This document shows positions 53,516 through 64,000 of a DNA stretch of 64,000 bases, piece by piece (positions within the stretch are counted from its first letter, which is position 1; every line of letters begins with the position of its first letter). The stretch is from Octopus sinensis (taxonomy: Eukaryota): contig NC_043000.1 of the NCBI RefSeq assembly GCF_006345805.1, positions 93,372,001-93,436,000 on the forward strand. Reading direction: 5' to 3'. The notes under the pieces were generated by a model. The model was not told the DNA's origin. It did not search any database and saw only the letters and a list, made by a program, of their open reading frames with translations. The translations under genes were made by a program, and so were the position numbers.

Positions 53516-55376
53516 TAGCGACAAAAGAACTTTGACACAGAGCAGACAGTGAAGCGAGAGAAAAAGTCATTGAAGAGGCAGCAAAGAAAGAACTTGGGCT
53601 TGCAAACAAACACTCGATTGATTGTTTGACCAGCACATTTAATAAACGATCAGTTAGTTAGATGGTAAGATATGTAGCCCATTGACTAACAACGAAGAAG
53701 TGGAATTGAATCTGTGCGTGTGTTATTATTGGCGTAATGACTCTCCCTTTGAAGGTGCATAGCTCAGTGATTATTGCGTCGGGCTCCCAATCACGAGGTA
53801 TTGAGTTCGATTCCCGGATCGGGCTCTGTGTTGTGTTCTTCAGCAAGACATTTTACTACACGTTGCTTCATTTCACTCAGCTGTAGAAATGAATTGCAAC
53901 GTCACTGGTGCCAAACTGTATCGGCCTTTGCCTTTCCCTTGGAGAACACCGATGGCGTGGAGAGAGAGGGGTGGTATGCATGGGCAACTTCTGGCCTTCC
54001 ATAAACAACCTCGCCCAAACTTGTACTTCGGAAGGGAACTTTCCAGGTTCAATCCCATGTTCATTCATGACCGAAGGGAGCCATTACCTTTTACTCTTTA
54101 GTGATTCTCCCAAGACATGACATAACCAATCAGAGGCTTACAAATAGAGTAAACCCTAGCGTTGGTTTTCGCATGCAAATCTTAAGAAGATATTTTTACT
54201 GTGTTGTTTTCTGAAAAAAATTCGTGCTCACTGAAAACATTTTGTTTGTAGACAATATTTGAAAAATATGTTTTTCTTTCCAACCACTTGGTTCCGGGTT
54301 GAGTCCTACTGCATAGTACCTTGAGCAAGTGTCTTCTCGTATAACCTCGGGTAGAACAAAGCCTTATGAGTAGATTTAGAAGACGGAAACTGAAAGAAGC
54401 ACATCGTGTGGTGTGTGTGTGTGTGTTGGGGTCTCTATTTGTCTTCCACCACTGCTTGTCAACCAGTAATGGTATGTTTAGTAAAAGAGACCGCTAGAAC
54501 AAGTACCCGGTTTCACAAGAAAAAATATGTACTGGGGTTGATTTGTATAACTAAAATTCTTGAAGGCTGTGCCCCAGTATGGCCACACTTTAATGACTGA
54601 AACAAGTAAAAGATGAAAAATAAAAGTAAAGCAAGGTGGCTTGCTCCATGGCCTTATATTGAAACTGACAAAGTAGCGCCGTGAACGAAACAACTTGGCC
54701 ACTTAAAAACACACAAAACCTACTGAACTTGCTTTTTATTTAATTTTTGAGATGTCGCAGCGGTGCAACGACAATTTTGATCCTCAAGAAATATATAAAA
54801 ATATTCATGTTTTTTTTTTGCATATTTGTAAAAAGCAAAATTAGTTTCGCGATGTAATTACTTTCTGTTTAATAAAATTGAAAAGAAATGTTCTCATTTT
54901 GAAAATGTTTGCTGTTTTAATCTCGGAGTTAATTTTAGAGTTCTTTTTTTTTTGTTTGTTTTTCACCCGAACTCGTGCGTTGAAGCTAATGCAATTACAT
55001 CATAGAATCATAGAAGGACCCTTTTAGCTATCTGAAAACACACAAAAGCTATTAAATTTACAGGGTGTTCGGGCAAAATTTTACGATTTTTTATGTCTCG
55101 TTTTTCTCAGGAACAGCTTGAAATATTGGTGAACAGTCAAAGACGCTGCAAAGCATAATGATTAAAGTTGTACTTAAGAAAAAAACATTAGTTGACATGG
55201 AGGACTAGAAGCCATCTGAATATTGAAAAAAGTTTCTTATATCATGATGATTCGCGCCGGGTATAAAAAGCCAACATCATAACAGTTGTTCAATGCGCTA
55301 TAAACATTGTAAAGACTGTAAGACCATGGACAGCTTCAATGGAAACTATGACACCTTGGCCAACATGAAGATGATA

Positions 55377-55421
55377 CACACGGACTCGACTTTCTGGGTG
55401 GTTACCCGTCCTCAGCATGTG
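55377..55421 (-). ncRNA. Type I hammerhead motif (downstream copy)
   Basis: CACAUG-CUGAGGA-C-GGGU(AACC)ACCC-A-GAA-AGUCGAGU-C/CGUGUG. Confidence 0.7.
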
Positions 55422-55720
55422 TTAATCACTGGCTAGTGATAAAATCTCATTCCACTCGCAAATTACTATATACTTTTCTAGCGATTCACTGCCGCTCATC
55501 TCGTAAAAGATAGTGATTTGTTATATTAAATCTTTGAGCGAGATATCAACAGTAGCGGTACGGAATCGTATCATGTATTTGCCAACTAAGTGTGGTATCC
55601 TATACAGGACAGTGCTACTGCAAGAAGACATCTCCGCCAGCTGGCTAATGACACACAGTCTGTGTCCGATTAGTATTTACGAGGGGATGTCATCACTCCC
55701 ATCTCTAGCCTTACGTGATA

Positions 55721-55765
55721 TACATGGACTCGAGTTTCTGGTTAGTTATCCGTCCTCAGCGTGTG
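55721..55765 (-). ncRNA. Type I hammerhead motif (upstream copy)
   Basis: CACACG-CUGAGGA-C-GGAU(AACU)AACC-A-GAA-ACUCGAGU-C/CAUGUA. Confidence 0.7.
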
Positions 55766-55874
55766 TTAATCACTGGCTAGTGATGAAAGCTCATTCCACT
55801 CGCAAATTACTACATACTTTTAGAGCGACTCACTATCGCTGATCTCGTAAAAGGCAGCCGCATGTGTTCATATA

Positions 55875-56048
55875 GATCGCTAGCCACTACGCATTCTTTA
55901 TTTTCTCTCCCTGTGTCTTTCTGTGCTCCTTTCTATGGAAGAGCGTAGGCACGAAACGTTAAAGACTTTTTCACTTCTCGAACGTTAAACTAATACATCT
56001 GTTTATTGTTTACACCACCTGTCTTCGTCTTTTGTTCTTTTTTGTGAA

Positions 56049-56052
<4 letters not shown>
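55875..56052 (+). mobile_element. Family B copy with degenerate HHR-like motif (55929-55964)
   Basis: Homologous to 26610-26787. Confidence 0.7.
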
Positions 56053-56107
<55 letters not shown>

Positions 56108-56420
56108 CCAAATAGTAAAACGACAAAGTAATCCGTTGATACATCTTTAATGATCGTTACAATTGTTTCTGTACCAACTCTGTTTACTTGCAACGCCAGT
56201 TTACACAAAAATTCGAAGTGAAAAATTAGAGTGGCATTTCATCATACTAGCATCAAAGGGCACACCTTTGGTGTACCCTTGCATTTTGCGTCTTTCGGAC
56301 ATTATTTATTTATTTATTTATTGCTTATATTGGGAGGGAACAAAATGTAAATAAAAATGTGGTCAAAGGATGAATAAGAAATTATGACTTTTGCTCTCTC
56401 TCTCTCTCTTCTCTCTCTCT

Positions 56421-56458
<38 letters not shown>

Positions 56459-56512
56459 CTTCCTCTCTCTCTCTCTTCTCTCTCTCTCTATCTATCTATA
56501 TAATATATATAT

Positions 56513-56588
<76 letters not shown>

Positions 56589-56707
56589 CACACGTGCAAC
56601 TTTTAAAGGGTACAAAAATGTAAGCCTAAAGGCTTAACGAACTCTTTTCCTCTTTTCCTTTTCCTTTTTCTTTTTCCTCCTGTCTATATTCCTCCGATAA
56701 ACTAAAT

Positions 56708-56786
56708 CATTCTGATGACGTTTGCTACATGGAACGAGATAAATGCAAATTTACCTCAAAATAACAAACTGAAACAGCTGTAAATG
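56708..56786 (+). ncRNA. Type I hammerhead motif with canonical core and extended helix II (family I)
   Basis: CAUU-CUGAUGA-C-GUUUG...CAAAC-U-GAA-ACAGCUGU-A/AAUG. Confidence 0.7.
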
Positions 56787-57289
56787 TTATTTTAACTACA
56801 ATTAAACTATGACCATTTAATACTAATGATCAACTTCTAATTGTTAATTGCTGCTCCATTTCTTTTCTTATCTGAATATATTAAACCACAGTTTATCATT
56901 TAAATCACCAACTACTGACAATCTTATAGCAACGCCTATACATAGTGAGGTAATACACCAGTATATCCTACAGATACATTTATCCCTTAGACTGTTGCAT
57001 AACCTCTAACTCATAATTTTATATGTGTGTGTGTATATATATATTTACATGTGTTGTATATAGGGATAAATATGTGTGAACGTATATGTGCGTGGGCGAA
57101 CGTCAGTGTGTCGAGAAGTATGAAGCATATGTATGAGAATGAATATATGCTAAATATTTAGCATAAAGAATATGAATATGGTTACAAGTATCTAATTGTA
57201 AATTCATTTACTCTGTCTGGCTGGAAATGTCTGTACGGAAGTGTCTGCTTGTACTTATGTTTATACATATGCCTACGTGAATGTGCATA

Positions 57290-57381
<92 letters not shown>

Positions 57382-57441
57382 ATATATATATGTGTGTGTG
57401 TGTGTGTGTATATATGTGTGTGTGTGTGTGTGGTGTGTGTG

Positions 57442-57483
<42 letters not shown>

Positions 57484-57866
57484 TATGTATGTATATATGT
57501 GTATATATATATGTATGTATGTATGTATATAGTTATAAATTATTTAAGTGGCTGGTCGTAATTTAAAACGAAAACACACAAGTAAAAAGCGTCACTAGGA
57601 GTGACTAAAGGTGCAAGTCAGTGCCAATATTGCTAGAAATAAGAGTCAAGGCAACTCATAGCCACAAACAGAACATTTTGTGTTCACAGAACATTATCTA
57701 TTGACTGACAAAAGAGACAACCTACCTACCACCATTTGTGACATTAATCCGTCGCCCAGCATTAAGCTAATTCGACTTGTCAGTTTATAGAAAGCACCAT
57801 ACGAATCAGTATCTGATTCAGTAAAATGGCGAAGTGATAATTATAAATCATTTATGTGTATATATG

Positions 57867-58552
57867 TAGGGTCAGTTGGGCACTGTCTGTGAGAAAAACA
57901 GCACCATGATGCAATCCACTCCGTCACAAATTTGGAAATGGCATGCTTGGCGTTCATGCCAGAAGCTCCAACATGAACATTTCAAAGTGTTTGGCTGTCA
58001 ATCTGAGGACAGTTCAATCTGAGGACATGTAACAAGAGTGATAAAAATCAAACATCGAGTGATCACTAATGTTGGCGACTTTATGCCTAGAGGAGATAGT
58101 GCTACCCTGGTGTCAAGAGGGTGGCTGCTGGAAGACCTTATGTCTGGCAACAGGATTCTGCACCATGTCACACAAGCAGGACAACCCAGTCATGGCTGTC
58201 AGATAATTCATGTAACCACATCACCCCTAACATCTGGCCACCTCACTCCCCAGACTGCAAACCCTTGATTATTATGTGTTGGACACAGTTGAATGAGGGA
58301 CCAACAAAACTCCTTGTAACACCAATGAACTGAAGGCACAGATTATGGAAGCATTCACCAGCTTAAACAAGAAGACCATCCAGAAAAGTTGCTGGAGATT
58401 CCGAAGTTGTCTAAACTTCATTGGAGCCAATGACGATTTTATTGAATAAAGATGTTTTCATGTAATTTTGGTAAATATATCTGTTAAAATGAGATGTCAG
58501 TGTTATTTTCATATTTGTGTAATTTAGACAACAGTTTATTCACCGGACCCTA
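57867..58552 (+). mobile_element. maT/DD37D-like Tc1-mariner, deleted and decayed
   Basis: VAAGRPYVWQQDSAPCHTS...WPPHSPDC and ends TAGGGTCAG / CCGGACCCTA. Confidence 0.8.
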
Positions 58553-59102
58553 TTTATACACACACACACACACACAGATACGCGAGAACAAGAGAAAAGT
58601 TTTTAGCTTTTCATAGTGCAAATGTTTTACGTACACCACTTAACAAGAGTCTTATTTCCCTCCCACAACTGACTCTTTTCATCCTTAAGTACTGCTTCTT
58701 CCGGTTTACCAAACTTTCAGAATTTTTTCTTAATATTCTTTAATTGCCTTCATACTTCTATTACAATATAAATTGGCTTCATTAAAACATTAATTTATTT
58801 CCCATAAATTCAATCATGTATCCACCGAGGAACATGTTCCCTGGTGTGGTGGAACTCCCTCTTCCTGCTCTCTATCTCCCACTCTCTCTTCCTCTCTCTC
58901 ACTCTCTCTTCGTCTCTCTCCCTCTTTCTCTCCCCATTCTTGGTTCTCCACTCATCATCATCTAACTTGGTCCTTACCTTCGTTTCTTGGTTTCTAAGCA
59001 ATATTTGGATGGCATTGCATTTTTTAAAATATATATATTCTAAATTCTTGGACATAATCATCGTAACTTATTGTTCTGGATGATGCTGACAATGATGCTG
59101 CT

Positions 59103-59133
<31 letters not shown>

Positions 59134-59291
59134 ATCAAAGTGACAATGACTATGTTGATAGTTGCTGTCATCAGAACTTGAGTGCCTCTTCTTCTTCTTC
59201 TTCTTCTTCTTCTTCTTCCTTCTCCTCCACCACCACCTCCTCCTTCTCCTCCTCCTCCTATGTCTGCATAGTTATGTATATAGGTATGCAT

Positions 59292-59328
<37 letters not shown>

Positions 59329-59396
59329 GTATATGTATATGTATATATATGTATATATATATAATATATATCTATATCTATCTATCTATATATATA

Positions 59397-60279
59397 TTGA
59401 TAAAACGGTAAGATAACAAAAGAAAGAAAAAGACCTCAATATTATGTAAATAGAGGAAATTTATCTATACAATATGTTACATTACTCGGTAGTCAAGATA
59501 AAACTCTGAGTTTCAGATGCCGAAGTGGAAATCCACAACACCATCTCTTCGGTTATCTGGCTATTTGAAAACGTTATGAAAAAATACCGTTAAATAAAGG
59601 GAAATTACTCTGTTATAACTCTGCTTGCCTGCGTACTTATACATCGCTCGCATTTTTCGTCATAAAAATTATATAAAAATACATAAAAAATATATAAAAA
59701 ATATATAAAAATATATAAATTCTTCTTGGGACATAACATAGAAAGCATGTTCTATCTGTTTTCTTTAGGGGACCAAAAACGTAACAGAAACTTAGTCACA
59801 TGTGGGCATGATCCGAAAAGCTCTGTCCTTGTATTTAGACATGTAGTAGGGTCTAAGCTGCTTTTCCAGATAAGCCATCTCTCCATAGACCCTACTACAT
59901 GTCTAAATACAAGGACAGAGCTTTTCGGATCATGCCCACATGTGACTAAGTTTCTGTTACGTTTTTGGTCCCCTAAAGAAAACAGATAGAACATGCTTTC
60001 TATGTTATGTCCCAAGAAGAATTTATATATTTTTATATATTTTTTATATATTTTTTATGTATTTTTATATAATTTTTATGATGAAAAATGCGAGCGATGT
60101 ATAAGTACGCAGGCAAGCAGAGTTATAACAGAGTAATTTCCCTTTATTTAAGGGTATTTTTTCATAACGTTTTCAAATAGCCAGATAACCGAAGAGATAG
60201 TGTTGTGGATTTCCACTTCGGCATCTGAAACTCAGAGTTTTATCTTGACTACCGAGTAATGTAACATATTGTATAGATA
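59397..60279. mobile_element. Penelope-like element end with inverted duplication (818-bp palindrome, 59462-60279)
   Basis: 394-bp arms at 59462-59855 and 59886-60279, 30-nt loop, 3 mismatches seen. Contains DPTTCLNTRTELFGSCPHVTKFLL* and an HHR-like motif in each arm. Confidence 0.75.
60183..60245 (+). ncRNA. Type I hammerhead-like motif, U4C variant (mirror copy on minus strand at 59496-59558)
   Basis: AGAUAA-CCGAAGA-GAUA...CAUC-U-GAA-ACUCAGAGU-U/UUAUCU, with a 6-bp helix I. The mirror copy has GAUG:CAUC in helix II. Confidence 0.6.
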
Positions 60280-60283
60280 TCTA

Positions 60284-60357
<74 letters not shown>

Positions 60358-61293
60358 ATATTCATATATTTGTATACATATGTATGCATATATACGTATA
60401 TACACATATATGAGTATGTATGTATATATATGGGTGTGTGTGTGTGTGTATACTGATATTTACGCATATATATGTGCATATTTATATATATATATATATA
60501 TTTACATGAACATATATTTGTAAGCTAAATAATTGACATAACCATACACATAGTAAAATTTCTTTTCCCCTGTCCTTCCCTCTGCAATCGTTTTTGTTCC
60601 AACCATTTTTCTTTTTTCTCCCTCCTTCTTTAATTTTCTTCAGTTTTCTTCGGATGAAGCAGCCGAGTCCGAAACGTCAAACTTCTTCCCTTCCTTTTAA
60701 CTGTCAATCTATTGCAACATTTTTCAAATCTTTCCCCACCCGTATTGATTCCTTTCATTCTGATTTCATTGCCTTCACAACATATGCATGTGTATATGTG
60801 ACTGTATGTGTTTGAGGGTTTTGCGGGTCTGTGTGTGCAACTGGCATGTGTGTTATATAAATATTTTTTGTGTAGGCTGGATGTTTACATAAACCTACAA
60901 CCCATACACACAAGTACTCTAAAACTCAATTGTACATAAAAAAAAAAATGAACCACCGTACATGCACGCACACACACACACACACGTGCACGCGCGCTTA
61001 CACAAAAACCACATACACATACCTAAAAACTCTCTGCTGTGACCACTTCCAAATATTCCGCTCATAAGCTTTCACTACTTACAAGGAAGTCAACACTTAA
61101 GCTGTGTGGCTCTTTCGTGAAACTGATTTACATTGACAAATAATGTATGGAGTTCATTGGTGTTTTTGCCTTTCTTTTTAACATATGATACTTTTCTAAT
61201 ATTGTTTGCCTGTTTGAGGATTATATCGAAGAATATATATCATAAAACCTTTTTGTTTCCTTTATCACGTCCTGTACTTTGGTTGTGTCATTA

Positions 61294-61347
<54 letters not shown>

Positions 61348-61352
61348 TGTGT

Positions 61353-61400
<48 letters not shown>

Positions 61401-63345
61401 ATTTTTGTATGTTGGTGTATATGTATGAATGTAAAAATCGCCCAAAAGCTGAAAACACAAAAAGGATGAGCTAAAAATTGAGACAAAAAAAAAAAGAAGA
61501 GAAAAAATAAATGGAATCAAATTATGGAATTATGAAATTCTTCGCAAATGATATTAATTAATTGTTGATGATTAAAAAGATTTTTATAAGGTAATAATGG
61601 CATTTTGTGAGTGTGTGTGTGTGTGGTGTGTGTGAGTATGTGTATACATATGAATGCATATATATATATGTCACACACTCAGGCACACATACACATATGC
61701 ACACACTTATATACATAGGGTAAAGGCCCCCTTCGATCATGAATGACCATAGGATTGCACCCGGGATGTTCCCCTCTCAGGTACAAGTCTGTGCAAGGTT
61801 GTTTATGGAAGACCAGCAGTCACCTATGCATACCAGCCTCTCCTGTCCATGCTGTCCAAGGGAAAGTTAAAGGCTGATCAATATGGCTTGGCACCTGTGA
61901 CGTCGCAACTCATTTCTACAGCTGAGTGAACTGGAGCAACGTGAAATAAAGTGTCTTGCTCAAGAGCACAACAAACAGTCTCATGATTGTGAGTCTGATG
62001 CTCTAACCATTGAGCCATGTGCCACATTTATATGTGTGTATACATGCAGGCATACATGCACATGCACACATATTCCTTCTAAAAGGAAATGAATGTGCTT
62101 GGCGCCTGGCACATTTGCTCTTTGGTTTGTGACTCTTTACTCTCTCTGATCTTGGACCCTGCGTCTAACTTTAAACTTCACCTGGTCTCCTGACCCCCAA
62201 AATAAATATTTACTTATACATCCCAGGTGTAATGGTTGCAAACAAAGTAATGGACAGAATCTGCTGTGTCTACTTTTTCTGCGTGTGTCGTTCATTACAG
62301 CTTTACAGGGAATCCGGCAGAAATGACGTTTAACCTATTTCCATGAGAGCAGGAACTCTGTGTGACAGGGTGAATAATCATCACATCAAACTCCCACTGT
62401 TGTGTGATTCCTAAGGGTTCTATCTGGCCTAAGGAGAGCTGTAACAAACTATAAGAAGCAATTCAAGAATGGGACAAAAAAACATGGGGCTTCCTTTTAC
62501 AGGGAAGTGCAATAGCCTAGTGGTTAGGGCAGTGGACTCGCGGTCGGAGGGTCGCAGTTTCAATTCCTAGATCAAGTGTTGTGTGTGTTTATTGAGCGAA
62601 AACACCTAAAAGCTCCACGAGGCTCCGGCAGGGGGTGGTGACGACCCCTGTTGTACTCTTTCGCCACAACTTTCTCTCACACTCTCTTCCTGTTTCTTAA
62701 GTAATGCTGTGATGGACTGGCGTCCCGTCCAGCCGGGGGGAACACATATGCTACAGAAACTGGGAAACCGGTTCCATGAGCCTGGCTAGGCTTGAAAAGG
62801 GCGACATTTATCGTATCGTTTTTTTCCTTTTACTACATCTGTTAGATAAACGCTGTGTACAACTCCTAATAATTTCTCAAACATATTTGAACTGGTCTCA
62901 AGTTTTTTTATCCTCCCTTACTTCATGAAACTACTCACGATATACATACATATATGCACCCATACATACACACATACATGCATACATCCATACATACATA
63001 CACACATATTTATACTACTGACTAGTCTGTATTACCACGATTGCCTGATAGATGGTTACGTGAAACCTTGAATAATAGTTCATGAAGTTTTTTTCCAGCT
63101 TTAATGAAATAGTAATTTACTCCACATTTGTTATCCGAGTGCTATGTTTTCCATCTTGTTTTTCATCTCAGTGCTTACTTGTGTGAGTGTATGTATGTGC
63201 ATGTGTGTGTATGTGTACAAATGTGTGTGTTATATCAATTGATGACTGGATGTGTATACATATGTCTGTCTTGCACTATACTAAAATAAAGCTGAATATA
63301 TCTGTATATAGAAACAAATTTATAATAATAATAATAATAATAATT

Positions 63346-63376
<31 letters not shown>

Positions 63377-63432
63377 CAACAATAATAATAATAATAATAA
63401 TAATGATAATAATAATAATAATAATAATAATA

Positions 63433-63782
63433 CAAAAGATGTGGTACCTTAAAGTGAGAACTGTTCCTGTTATTTTGGGTGTCCTAGGTATGATAAAAAA
63501 TGGATGACAGAAACATTTAGATAATATCCCAGAAGAACCATGTCTCAGAGAAATCCAAAAGTTTGTGCTGACAAGTACTGCCCACATCTTTAGAAAAACC
63601 CTATCAATTTAAATATCTGGGCTGTATTACATGAAGATACTTTGCTACTGCCTCCCCCCAATGCCACTTTCCTCCCCAGGCTTTAAGTTGTACTGCAGCA
63701 TCTCATACCCTTCACTCACCCCAGGATGCTGGGTGTGCTTCAGCAAGTGACAGTAACAAACATGCAGATTAAAAGTAAATAA

Positions 63783-63783
<1 letters not shown>
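63433..63783 (+). mobile_element. R4/Dong-like non-LTR 3' end in a (TAA)n array
   Basis: QKMWYLKVRTVPVILGVLGMIKNG*QKHLDNIPEEPCLREIQKFVLTSTAHIFRKTLSI* (stop 63610-63612), flanked by (TAA)n. Confidence 0.8.
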
Positions 63784-63843
<60 letters not shown>

Positions 63844-63846
<3 letters not shown>

Positions 63847-64000
63847 TCTGAATTAGATGAAGAACCTGAAACCACTGCCACTAGATAAACAAAACGGATC
63901 AAGCAGACTGCAAAAAAGAAATGGCAGAAACAAAGTGAGGAGTGGTGGAGCCAGAAGCCTCTGCATGGGCAGTATATACTTCGAAGTCAAAATGCTGATG
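63844..64000 (+). mobile_element. Second R4/Dong-like fragment starting in (TAA)n, runs off the window
   Basis: KKKWQKQSEEWWSQKPLHGQYILRSQNAD. The KPLHGQ motif is typical of the post-RT region of R4/Dong elements. Confidence 0.75.

Larger units (their letters stand above)
55372..55857 (-). mobile_element. Retrozyme-like element: 142-bp direct repeats 344 bp apart, each containing a type I hammerhead
   Basis: Repeats at 55372-55513 and 55716-55857 (roughly 85% identical by eye). CUGAGGA cores at 55409-55415 and 55753-55759. Confidence 0.7.

Noticed and set aside
54120-54182. CCAAT box plus octamer ATGCAAAT (promoter-like); ATTTGCAT also near 13823
   Set aside because: These are short motifs with no adjacent snRNA or histone gene, and are likely transposon-end sequence or chance.
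59726-60015. Two 87-aa ORFs on opposite strands with identical N- and C-termini
   Set aside because: This is an artefact of the palindrome. Only the C-terminal half is plausibly a PLE coding relic.

Overview
Repeat-dense, AT-rich eukaryotic (metazoan) DNA. The tRNA-derived SINE families, RTE LINEs and microsatellite load look like an octopus/cephalopod genome, which is an inference from repeat content only. I can support no host protein-coding gene. Almost all listed ORFs are microsatellite read-throughs or transposon relics. The window holds: a 5'-truncated RTE LINE (RT plus PHD-like finger, 63-bp minisatellite in the 3' UTR); an RTE 3' end with three C2H2 fingers; microsatellite-embedded non-LTR fragments in (CATA)n, (TAA)n and (GATA)n arrays; mariner and maT/Tc1 relics; many MITEs; dozens of SINE copies; and a 100-N gap. 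The most interesting signal is a set of short, mutually unrelated repeat families that each carry a minimal type I hammerhead-ribozyme (HHR) fold with a palindromic helix III. Some have the canonical core and some have apparently fixed variant cores (U4C, A6U), and several sit as head-to-head inverted pairs. An 818-bp palindrome links one family to a Penelope-like (GIY-YIG) ORF end. A direct-repeat element at 55372-55857 has two HHRs exactly 344 nt apart, the layout of a retrozyme/circRNA precursor. All folds were read by eye and none was computed. SINE and MITE boundaries are approximate.
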